The notes beneath the pieces were generated by a model. That model was not told the DNA's origin. It searched no databases and was given only the letters and a program-made list of their open reading frames with translations. A DNA stretch of 39,642 nucleotides from a virus (Duplodnaviria; Caudoviricetes): IMG/VR virus record IMGVR_UViG_3300017648_000009, positions 1 to 39,642 of that record; one strand, given 5' to 3'. Position 1 is the stretch's first letter; each line of letters begins with the position of its first letter. The position numbers and the translations under genes are program-made. Positions 9,391 to 17,760 of the stretch are shown in pieces.

Positions 9391-9885
9391 ATGGCTGAGA
9401 GTTTGGCCGAGCTGCGCGAGACGATGCGTCAGGATCTGTTCCGGCATAGCCTCGGGTCGCTCTACGACTATCTGGAACTGATGGAGTTGTTCCTCGCCGG
9501 TGATGTGAAGTACTGGCAGGGGACAGCACCGGATACAGATCCAGCGGAGTTGTCAGCGGCGGCGATCAACGCTGCAATCGGCGCAGACGGCGAATACCTC
9601 GTCACGATGCGGTTCAAGATCATCGACGATGACTCGGGCGACGTGTTGGTCAAATACTCCAATGCGACGAAGCACACCGTGAACGTGTCCAAGACCTCAA
9701 CGTCTGGCGTGGTGGCGCGCGTCGGTGACGCGGTGCGCCCAGTCGACAAAGGCTGGGGCGAGTGTGTCGTGAGACTGACCGGCACATGGGCCAGCGGTGA
9801 CACGATCGTGTTCGCCTGTGGCTCAGTGTTCTACGGGCGCTACACCATCGCGTCCAAGTCCTACACGGCGACGCTCGTCGCCTAA
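9391..9885 (+). CDS. Putative head decoration / structural protein
   Basis: Follows the capsid gene; beta-rich C-terminal half. Confidence 0.55.
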   Translation: MAESLAELRETMRQDLFRHSLGSLYDYLELMELFLAGDVKYWQGTAPDTDPAELSAAAINAAIGADGEYLVTMRFKIIDDDSGDVLVKYSNATKHTVNVSKTSTSGVVARVGDAVRPVDKGWGECVVRLTGTWASGDTIVFACGSVFYGRYTIASKSYTATLVA

Positions 9886-9926
9886 ATCTCTCCGAATCCA
9901 GGAACACCGAAACGAATCGAGGGCAC

Positions 9927-10268
9927 ATGACCCTGACGGCATTCAACCGTCGGCGGCGCGAGCTTGCGGCGCAGGCTGAGGCTGCGCGGGAAGAGGCTGA
10001 GAAGCCAACGCCTGTCGTCACCGAGACTGCGCCAGCCGAGAAGCCGCTGTCTCGCATGAACAAGGCGGAATTGCTGGCGGCCGCTGCTGAACGCGGCGTC
10101 GAGGTAGTAGAGACGGCGACCAAGAAGGAGATCATCGCCGCGCTCACGGCTGCCGAGCCTGCCGACGAACAGCAGGAAGACACCCAGCCGCCCAACGCCC
10201 AGCAGTCCGACGACGAGGGCGACGGCTCAGGCGATCAGTCTGAGACCGCAGAGAACGAACAGGAGTAA
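9927..10268 (+). CDS. Rho-N/HeH(LEM)-like domain protein
   Basis: LSRMNKAELLAAAAERGV..ATKKEIIAAL motif; acidic tail. Confidence 0.7.
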   Translation: MTLTAFNRRRRELAAQAEAAREEAEKPTPVVTETAPAEKPLSRMNKAELLAAAAERGVEVVETATKKEIIAALTAAEPADEQQEDTQPPNAQQSDDEGDGSGDQSETAENEQE

Positions 10269-10271
10269 CGC

Positions 10272-10742
10272 ATGACGCTGATCGTGGGGGAGACGAGCTA
10301 CGTCGACGTCGCGACGGCGTCTGCGTATCTCGCAGATCACATCGACGGTGCCGCGTGGACTGCCGCGTCCGAGGAGCAGAAATCCGCTGCGCTCGTGAGC
10401 GCAACCCGCGTGATCGACCGGCTGCCGCTGCGTGGTGCGCCGGTCGATGCCGACCAGCATCTCGCATTCCCGCGCCGCGAACGCACCGGCTACGGCTGGT
10501 CACAGCAGAGCGCGGTACCGCAGGCGGTGCTGGACGCGACCTGCGAGGAAGCGTTGGCCCTGCTGGATGGTGAGCGACGGCAACGGCAGCAACTCCAGGC
10601 TGAGGGCGTCGCGTCGTTCAGCCTCGGGGCGCTGTCGGAGTCGTATCGCGCTGGTGTAGTCGGAGCGTCCAGCGATGGTGTCGTGTCGCAGACTGCCCGG
10701 TACCTGCTGCGGCCCTACATCGCGAGGACGTTCCGGCTGTGA
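10272..10742 (+). CDS. Head-tail adaptor (DnaT-like annotation family)
   Basis: SYVDVATASAYL...ATRVID...QHLAFPR...VPQAVLDATCEEAL. Confidence 0.8.
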   Translation: MTLIVGETSYVDVATASAYLADHIDGAAWTAASEEQKSAALVSATRVIDRLPLRGAPVDADQHLAFPRRERTGYGWSQQSAVPQAVLDATCEEALALLDGERRQRQQLQAEGVASFSLGALSESYRAGVVGASSDGVVSQTARYLLRPYIARTFRL

Positions 10743-11038
10743 TGGGGGCGTATCTGGCGCAGACAGCCACGTGGCGTCGTCGCACCGGGCAGGACGGCTA
10801 CGGGGTGCCGACGTTCGCCGCCGACGCAACGATCACGTGCCGCTGGGAGTGGAAGCGCCGGATGGTGCGATCGCTCACTGGTGACGAGATCGTGTCCGAG
10901 GCGCGCGTGTTCACCCGCGATGCCGTCAACGCCGGGGATGTGCTGGTTGATCCGGCCGGCCGCGAGTGGACGGTCATCGGTGCCAGTCCACAGTACGCGT
11001 TGAACGGCTCGGAGCTGTTCCGGGAGGTGGCGCTATGA
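10742..11038 (+). CDS. Head closure / head-tail joining protein
   Basis: DGYGVPTF, ~100 aa beta-rich, neck position. Confidence 0.75.
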   Translation: MGAYLAQTATWRRRTGQDGYGVPTFAADATITCRWEWKRRMVRSLTGDEIVSEARVFTRDAVNAGDVLVDPAGREWTVIGASPQYALNGSELFREVAL

Positions 11039-11388
11039 AGCTCGAAGGGTTGGCAGCAGTTGAGGCGCGGATTGCGGCTGAACTGGCCGGAATGAAACAA
11101 CGCGCCGACGCCGCGATGCACGAGAACGCGCTGGATCTTCAGGGCCGATCGCAGCAGGCAGCACCGATCGAATACGGCGAACTGCGTGCCGCGGCTGATG
11201 TTCGGAAAGTCGGCGAAGGCGAGTATGAGGTCGGTTTTTATGGGCAGGGTATCAAGGCGATCGTCCAGCACGAACGGCTCGACTTCAACCATCCACGCGG
11301 CGGCCAAGCCAAATACCTCGAAGGCCCGTTGAACGAAAACTCCCAGCGCTACATCGAAAACGTCCGGCGCGCTGCCGGATCACGCTAA
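11035..11388 (+). CDS. HK97 gp10-like neck / tail completion protein
   Basis: APIEYGELR, VQHE, GGQAKYLE motifs; GGAGG SD before ATG 11035. Confidence 0.8.
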   Translation: MKLEGLAAVEARIAAELAGMKQRADAAMHENALDLQGRSQQAAPIEYGELRAAADVRKVGEGEYEVGFYGQGIKAIVQHERLDFNHPRGGQAKYLEGPLNENSQRYIENVRRAAGSR

Positions 11389-11417
11389 CACCAACACACA
11401 ACTGACAGGAGACGCAC

Positions 11418-11765
11418 ATGGCGCGGACCAGTCTGACGCCTCAGCAGGTCGTGACGACCGGGCTGGAGGCGACGTATACGGCTGCCAACGTGGACGGCCA
11501 CATGTTCGCACCGGGCGAGTCCCGCATGCTGCACGTCGTCAACGGCGGCGGTAGCAGCATCAACGTCACGGTGCAGGCGGAGTACACCCGCGACGGTCTG
11601 GCGTTGCCGGACCGCGTGGTCGCGGTGCCAAACGGCGAGGACCGCATGATCGGGCCGTTCGATCGCGAGACCTACGCCCAGCGGTCCGGCAATGACCGGG
11701 GCAAGGTCTACGTCGATTTCAGCGCCGTCACCAGCGTGACGGTCGCGCTGGTCGACGTGGGCTAA
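11418..11765 (+). CDS. Virion structural protein (beta-sandwich)
   Basis: AGGAG SD; LHVVNGGGSSINVTV...RMIGPF; within neck module. Confidence 0.65.
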   Translation: MARTSLTPQQVVTTGLEATYTAANVDGHMFAPGESRMLHVVNGGGSSINVTVQAEYTRDGLALPDRVVAVPNGEDRMIGPFDRETYAQRSGNDRGKVYVDFSAVTSVTVALVDVG

Positions 11766-11769
11766 ACCG

Positions 11770-12165
11770 ATGAGCGTCGTACAGGACATCGCCGCGTACC
11801 TCGAAGAGCGCCAGATCGTGGCGTTCGGGATCGACCTGTTTGTCTGGGCCCAGCCGGATCAACCGAACGCGCTCGTGGCGCTGTTCGACTATCCCGGCAT
11901 CGGTGGTCAGTACGAACACGATCAGCCGGAGCCAGCGATCTCATTCCCGCGATTCACCGTCAACGTCCGTGATGAGCGACCCGAGGACGCGGAGAGCCGG
12001 TCACGGGCGATAGCGGCAGTCCTGGAGGCGGTCAGGAACCAGACGATCAACGGAACACGGTTTCTCGCGGTTCGGCGCGTCGGCTCAGGCGGGCAGATGA
12101 CCGGACGCGATGACTCGGACCGCTACATCTACGTCACCAGCTACGAGGCGACGATTTCCAGATAG
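11770..12165 (+). CDS. Tail terminator / minor capsid-type protein
   Basis: DLFV..QPDQP..LVALFDYPG, GRDDSDR; precedes tail tube. Confidence 0.75.
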   Translation: MSVVQDIAAYLEERQIVAFGIDLFVWAQPDQPNALVALFDYPGIGGQYEHDQPEPAISFPRFTVNVRDERPEDAESRSRAIAAVLEAVRNQTINGTRFLAVRRVGSGGQMTGRDDSDRYIYVTSYEATISR

Positions 12166-12177
12166 GAGCAACAGAAC

Positions 12178-12615
12178 ATGGCTACCAAGACCTTCGCGCA
12201 GGGGGCGAAGCTGAGCATCGGGAACGGCGACGGGCCACCGGAAACGTTTTCGAAGATCGGCAACATTCAGGACATCACAACTCCAAGCGCGACCACCGAC
12301 CTGATCGATGTCACCGATCACGATTCCGCAGACCGCCGCAAGGAGTACTTGGCCGGCCTGACGGACTCGGACGAGATGACGTTCACGATCAACTGGGACC
12401 CAGAAGACACCGTTCACGATGACGTCGAGAGCCGGGTTGGCGAAAACGCCAACTTCAAGCTGGAGCTGAACAACAAGATCAGCTCCAGCGGCACAACCTA
12501 CGCATTCAACGCAGTGCTGCGCAAGTTTGTTGGACGCGCGCCGATCAACGGGCAGCACACGGCGGAGATTACCCTGAAGCCGTCCGGCACCGTGACCAAG
12601 ACACCAGCCGCCTAA
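12178..12615 (+). CDS. Major tail tube protein
   Basis: IDVTDHDS..RKEYLAGL.DS.EMTFTINWDP; AGGAG SD. Confidence 0.88.
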   Translation: MATKTFAQGAKLSIGNGDGPPETFSKIGNIQDITTPSATTDLIDVTDHDSADRRKEYLAGLTDSDEMTFTINWDPEDTVHDDVESRVGENANFKLELNNKISSSGTTYAFNAVLRKFVGRAPINGQHTAEITLKPSGTVTKTPAA

Positions 12616-12640
12616 TCCCTACCGAATCGAACTGCCGAAT

Positions 12641-12672
12641 AGCCGGAGGCGTTGAGTCTCCGGCTTCTGTTT
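12641..12672 (+). terminator. Terminator/attenuator after tail tube gene
   Basis: AGCCGGAGGC-GTTGA-GTCTCCGGCT followed by TCTGTTT. Confidence 0.65.
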
Positions 12673-12694
12673 CCCTATCAGATGAGGTGAGAGC

Positions 12695-13126
12695 ATGCCT
12701 GAATCGCTGCCGTCCCTGGTTGAGGACGTCGAAATTGAGATCGGCGGGAAACTGCGCCATCTGAGGATGGATTTCCGCGCCATCGCGGCGGCTGAACGTG
12801 TCACCGGCAAGAACCTGCTGCGTCCAGGCTCCGTCGCAACGGCTGGTGCATCTGAGATGACCGCGATCTTGTGGGGTTGCCTGCTGCACGAGGAACCTGA
12901 CCTGACGCTGGATATCGTGCGCTCATGGATCCACTACGGCAACGCCGCTGACACGTTCGTCGCGGTGATGGATGCCGTAGCCCGGTGTTTCCCCGATCCT
13001 GACGACGTTATCGAGACAGGGGACGACGGCGCAGAGGACCCTACCGAGGCAGTCCAGGATGGCCCGAAATCTGGGCGTTCGCGCGGGTCCAGCTCCAAAT
13101 CTCGACGAAGGAATTCTGGCGACTGA
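12695..13126 (+). CDS. Tail assembly chaperone (gpG-like)
   Basis: Between tail tube and tape measure; IEIGGKLRHLRMDFRAIAAAE. Confidence 0.85.
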   Translation: MPESLPSLVEDVEIEIGGKLRHLRMDFRAIAAAERVTGKNLLRPGSVATAGASEMTAILWGCLLHEEPDLTLDIVRSWIHYGNAADTFVAVMDAVARCFPDPDDVIETGDDGAEDPTEAVQDGPKSGRSRGSSSKSRRRNSGD

Positions 13127-13332
13127 CGCCGCGCGAGCATCATGCGTTGACGAAGCAGTGGTACGCCGCCGAACGAATGCTCGACTTCCGCGCCGGGCTA
13201 GTGGTCGCGACCATCGCCAACGTCAACCGTGGCCGGAATGCCGAACCGTTCGATCCGTCGGATTTCTTCCCGCGATTGCGCCAGAAGCGCGACATGGAAG
13301 CGGAGCTTGATCGGCTGTTCGGCCTGGGCTAG
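13003..13332 (+). CDS. Tail assembly chaperone -1 frameshift extension (gpT-like)
   Basis: -1 frame is open 13003-13332 and reads WPEIWAFARVQLQISTKEFWRLTPRE...ANVNR; EFWxLTPxE is typical of gpT; no own SD. Confidence 0.75.
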   Translation, partial: RRYRDRGRRRRGPYRGSPGWPEIWAFARVQLQISTKEFWRLTPREHHALTKQWYAAERMLDFRAGLVVATIANVNRGRNAEPFDPSDFFPRLRQKRDMEAELDRLFGLG

Positions 13333-13787
13333 TCTGCGTCGTTGAGCGCTTCCAGCGCATCGTCCCACAGGTCGCGGCAACTCTGCGTGAACGTCATGGC
13401 GTTGCTGATTTGTGCGGATGAGCCACTCAGCAACGCGTCGCGCATCATCGGCGGGTAGTCGGCCATGCATTCCAGCGCCTTCAGATAGGCCGTATGAGCG
13501 CCTTCCAAGTCAGCCGGTGGCCTGACGGCCTTCGCGTCCTTGAGTGTCGCTTCCACCGTCCCGACGGCATCGTTGAAGTCGCGGCCCCAATCGCTGTTTG
13601 AGATGAGGGCTGGCCTGTCAACTACCTGTTGGAACAGGTCGGCGACATCCTGCTGGGCGGTCGTAGATGTCTCGCCGATTTCGACCATGCGAGCGTGATA
13701 GTCACTGGCAGACATTCCGTTATCGCTACCACCGCAGGCGGTAATCACGGCACCGAGGATCAACAGGGCAAACATCGTCCGAATCAT
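13329..13787 (-). CDS. Lipoprotein moron on the opposite strand
   Basis: MIRTMFALLILGAVITA-C lipobox; GGAG SD; helical body. Confidence 0.8.
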   Translation of the reverse strand: MIRTMFALLILGAVITACGGSDNGMSASDYHARMVEIGETSTTAQQDVADLFQQVVDRPALISNSDWGRDFNDAVGTVEATLKDAKAVRPPADLEGAHTAYLKALECMADYPPMMRDALLSGSSAQISNAMTFTQSCRDLWDDALEALNDAD

Positions 13788-13870
13788 CACACTCTCCATC
13801 GCACACAGCACGTTCGCCACATAGTACGCGAACCAGAACGCCTGGAAATCTATTTTGAGGAGCAGCCGAC

Positions 13871-16800
13871 ATGTCGATGTCAGTCGGAGATCTCACCGCA
13901 CGCCTCGGCGTGGAACTAGACGACAACGGCATTGTCCAGAAGTTCCGGGCGCAGGTGCGTGCGCTGGAGGATATTCCCGATCCTAAAATCAGCGTCGACA
14001 CGTCGGCGGTTGACGAGAAAATCGCGCGCACCCAGCGCATGATCGTCCAGATCGCCGGGCAGGATGTCGAGATCGAGGTCGATGCCAACGCGAACCCTGC
14101 ACTCGCCGAAATGGCGAAAGCAGAGCAGGCGGCAAAGGCGCTGGAACGGTTCGCGCCAGAGGTGCGCGTTGCTGCCGAGACAACCGGCGCCGAACGCGAT
14201 CTCGGACGGCTGAGCAGCATCCTCGATAGCGTGGATCGGGCTGAGCATCACGCGCGCGTCGTGGCCGAGACAGATGCAGCGATGCGCGAGCTGCAGATCC
14301 TGCGCGCCCAGCTGAACCAACTGGACGACCGGCCCGCGCACGTCGAGATTCGCGCCGACACTGACCGTGCGATCGCCGATCTGCAGGCGCTGCGGCGGCA
14401 GATGGGCCTGATCGAGCAGGACACGGTCGCCGTGTCCACCAGCATGGCTGGCATGAGCACGACGCTCGCTGGCCTCGGGCAAAAAGCGATTGCGCTCGGT
14501 GCTGGATTTGGCATCGCTCAGGCGGGCATCGGGCTGATCAGTCGCGCGGCGGGTTTCCTCAAAGAGGCAGTTTGGGGTGCGAACAACTCACTGGACCAGA
14601 TCACGATCCGGATCAATGCATTCACGCGAGACGCTGATGCGACGCAGCGCATTCTGGACGGGCTGCGGCAGAAGGCCGCTGATCTGGGCATGCCGTTCCT
14701 CGACCTCGCCGAAGCCGTTGCGACCATCGGGCCGATCGCGAAGCAGACCAACCAGCCGTTGGATGAACTGCTCGATACCGCGATTCTGCTCTCTGCGGTG
14801 AATCCTGCCGAGGGGCTATCCGGTGCCATTTTCTCGATTCGCGAGGCGCTGTCAGGCGACTGGATGTCCCTGATGGACCGCTTCAACATGCCGCGCAACA
14901 TCATCAATCAGATGCGCGAGGACGGCGTCCCGGCGCTCGAAATCATCAATGAGCTGTTGCGTCAGCAGGGCGTTGATATGGAGATGGTCGGGCAGATGGC
15001 TGGGGTGGCTGACAGCCGTACACGCACGCTGTTCAGCAATCTCACGATGGCGGCTGCGCAGTTGGGTCGGCCAGCCTTCGACGCCGTGTCCAGCGTCATC
15101 GACCGGCTCGCGACCTACACCAGCAGCAACGCATTCCAGGAGGATCTCGACACCATCGGCAGGATCGCAGAGGGCATCGCCAACCTGCCGCCGATCAAGC
15201 TGGTCGAGGTGCTAGTCAGCTTCACGGTCGCACACGGCGACGATATCGCGGCGGCGCTCGGGTACACGTTCTCGAACAACAACGCACCGTTGGGCCTCGG
15301 GTACAGCGACGACGTTGTGCAGGTGATCTACGCCGCGACCGCTGGCACCGTGGAGTACAACGAGGCGCAGAAAGAGGCTGTTGAGCTTGCTGGTGAGCAC
15401 GCCAGCGCCTACCAGCAGTTCATTGATGCGCACGCCTACGATGCACAACTCCAGTTCAATCAGGAGGAGCTAAACCGGCAGGCAGAGGCGTACCACTTTC
15501 AGCAGGAACAGATCATCGCCGGGGAGCAGCGTCGCAAACAGGCCGCTGAGGAACGTGCGGCCGCAGAGGCGCAGGCTGAATCGGATTTCCAGCCACAGAC
15601 GAGCAAGCCGACATGGCAGGTGCCGGATATCTCGTCACTGTCGGCGGCCGCGCAGGCGATGTACGAGATTGCCGCGGCACAGACGGCGATCAATCGCACG
15701 CAGGACCGGCTCTCTGAGGCGTACCAGATCGGGCTGCAGATTCAGGCTGACTACACGGCGCAGGGGTCGGAGTACGCCCAGCAGCAGAGCATCATCGAAG
15801 AGGGCAACAAGATCCTGAAGGAACAACTGGATTCCGGCCAGATCACCCAGGAGCAGTACAACGCCGAGATTGAGCGCGGTGAAGGCGCGCTCGCACGCTT
15901 CAAGGGCGGACAGGAAGACGCGACGCTCACGGCACGCGATTACGCCATCCAAAACGGCGAGTTGATGAGCATTCAGGATCAGATCAACGAGCAGTTCCCC
16001 AACCTCGTGCGCGGTTCTGACGAGTACAACAAGAAGCTCCGGGAAGCTGCCCAGGCTGCTGGCATCAGCGACGAGGCGATCGACGGCATGATGGGCAGTG
16101 CCGGCAACCTGACGGGCACAATCGCCAACGAACTGATACCCGCGATTCTGCGGCTGATCGAAAAGCTCTCTGAACTGGACGGCAAGCACGTCACCGCGAC
16201 GGTCGAAACCAAGTTCATCACGACCGGCTCTCCGGTCGGGCAGGTCTACGGCCAGCAGGTTAGTGGCGGCTACATCGGTCTCGAAGAGCACGCCGCCGGC
16301 GGCTACATCGATCAGCCGATGGTCTCGATGCTCGGCGAGGAAGCGCCAGCACATCCTGAATGGGTCATTCCGACCAACCCGGCGCGACGTGGCCGTGCGA
16401 TGGATCTCTGGATGCAGGCTGGGCACTCTCTGGGCGTGCCGGGTTTCGCAGACGGTGGCGGCGGTCGTTCGCTGGCTGGCAACACCGGCGGTGTCGCGGC
16501 GGGGCAGCCGGTCGGCAGCTCGACGATCGATTGGTCGTGGCTGTTTGCCGGTCTGGACGCCGAAGCCGAGGATTACGCCGAGCGTGCGGCGCAGAAGGTC
16601 GTCCAGTTTTTCGGCAACATCGACAAGCTGGTTGACGGCTCGATGCTGCGTGACGCGCAACAGAAACTGGCTGATCTGTTCCTGATTCGCCAGATCATGA
16701 TCGACTCCGGAGCCAGCGATGCCGTGATTGCCGGGCTGGATGCCCAGATCGCTTCCGCGCAGGCAGACGTGCAGGCGATCGGGGCGGTGATGGGTTCCGA

Positions 16801-17758
16801 CGTGATCGCAGGCATGGCCGAAGAGATGGCGTCAAAGGAGTCGCAGGAGAAGATCAACGCATCGCTGAAGCAGACGCTGGAAGGGCTGACCAGCGCTAGC
16901 GATCCGTTCCAGAAGGTCCAGGGACTCGGGGATCGGGTCAAGGATCTCAGGGACGCGATCGCCGTTGCTGAGGCGATGGGGAATACGGATCTCGCGGCGT
17001 CACTCCGGGAAGACCTGGCTGAGGCGCAAACGGAGTTCCTCAACGCCCAGAACCAATTCACCAAGATGTTGCAGCTCGGGTTGATTGACGACGAGACGAT
17101 CAAGGCGATGGCAGAACGCGGCGGCGAAAGCTTCCGGAAGGTCTACGATCAGGTGTTCGGCGAGGGTGCGTTGGCTGCCCTGCAGGCCGGTTGGTCAGCA
17201 CTCAGCGCCGAGCAGTACAGCCAGTTGGAGGCGTACGTCGCACAGGGCGGCAAACTGACCGACCAGATGGTGTCCTCGATCGTCCAGGGCATGCAGGACG
17301 GCGCGATCACGATCGACCAGGCGATGCAGTTGCTCGGCGACCAGCAGGGCCGATTCGCCAAGGACCAGCAGATCCAACTGTGGCAGTCGCTGCAATCGAC
17401 TGAGGACCAGTTGATGCAGGCGATCGCGAGCGGCGATCAGGCGCGCATTGAGGCGGCGCAGGCGTCGTATGACGCGTTGATGGCGCTCATCATCGCCTAT
17501 GCCGAGGCGACCGGCCAAACAGTCGAGGACGTGATCGGCAAGTGGAAAGCGGCAGCATCCGCTGCGGCGAAAGTACAGATTCCCAGCGTCAGTATTCCGA
17601 GTACATCACCACCGCGATTCGATAGTGGCAGCGTCGGGGGCGGTGGCGGCGTCTCGCTGAAGGCCGCGCTGAACCTACCGGACGGCCGGACGATCGGCGA
17701 GTGGTACGCCTACGAGATTGAGCGCTCAGCCGCGCTGACACCCATCGGAGTCGTATAG
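13871..17758 (+). CDS. Tape measure protein
   Basis: 1295 aa, Ala/Gln-rich helical; SVGDLTARLG start; HAAGG..MLGEE..EWVIP motif; GAGGAG SD. Confidence 0.93.
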   Translation: MSMSVGDLTARLGVELDDNGIVQKFRAQVRALEDIPDPKISVDTSAVDEKIARTQRMIVQIAGQDVEIEVDANANPALAEMAKAEQAAKALERFAPEVRVAAETTGAERDLGRLSSILDSVDRAEHHARVVAETDAAMRELQILRAQLNQLDDRPAHVEIRADTDRAIADLQALRRQMGLIEQDTVAVSTSMAGMSTTLAGLGQKAIALGAGFGIAQAGIGLISRAAGFLKEAVWGANNSLDQITIRINAFTRDADATQRILDGLRQKAADLGMPFLDLAEAVATIGPIAKQTNQPLDELLDTAILLSAVNPAEGLSGAIFSIREALSGDWMSLMDRFNMPRNIINQMREDGVPALEIINELLRQQGVDMEMVGQMAGVADSRTRTLFSNLTMAAAQLGRPAFDAVSSVIDRLATYTSSNAFQEDLDTIGRIAEGIANLPPIKLVEVLVSFTVAHGDDIAAALGYTFSNNNAPLGLGYSDDVVQVIYAATAGTVEYNEAQKEAVELAGEHASAYQQFIDAHAYDAQLQFNQEELNRQAEAYHFQQEQIIAGEQRRKQAAEERAAAEAQAESDFQPQTSKPTWQVPDISSLSAAAQAMYEIAAAQTAINRTQDRLSEAYQIGLQIQADYTAQGSEYAQQQSIIEEGNKILKEQLDSGQITQEQYNAEIERGEGALARFKGGQEDATLTARDYAIQNGELMSIQDQINEQFPNLVRGSDEYNKKLREAAQAAGISDEAIDGMMGSAGNLTGTIANELIPAILRLIEKLSELDGKHVTATVETKFITTGSPVGQVYGQQVSGGYIGLEEHAAGGYIDQPMVSMLGEEAPAHPEWVIPTNPARRGRAMDLWMQAGHSLGVPGFADGGGGRSLAGNTGGVAAGQPVGSSTIDWSWLFAGLDAEAEDYAERAAQKVVQFFGNIDKLVDGSMLRDAQQKLADLFLIRQIMIDSGASDAVIAGLDAQIASAQADVQAIGAVMGSDVIAGMAEEMASKESQEKINASLKQTLEGLTSASDPFQKVQGLGDRVKDLRDAIAVAEAMGNTDLAASLREDLAEAQTEFLNAQNQFTKMLQLGLIDDETIKAMAERGGESFRKVYDQVFGEGALAALQAGWSALSAEQYSQLEAYVAQGGKLTDQMVSSIVQGMQDGAITIDQAMQLLGDQQGRFAKDQQIQLWQSLQSTEDQLMQAIASGDQARIEAAQASYDALMALIIAYAEATGQTVEDVIGKWKAAASAAAKVQIPSVSIPSTSPPRFDSGSVGGGGGVSLKAALNLPDGRTIGEWYAYEIERSAALTPIGVV

Positions 17759-17760
17759 AC

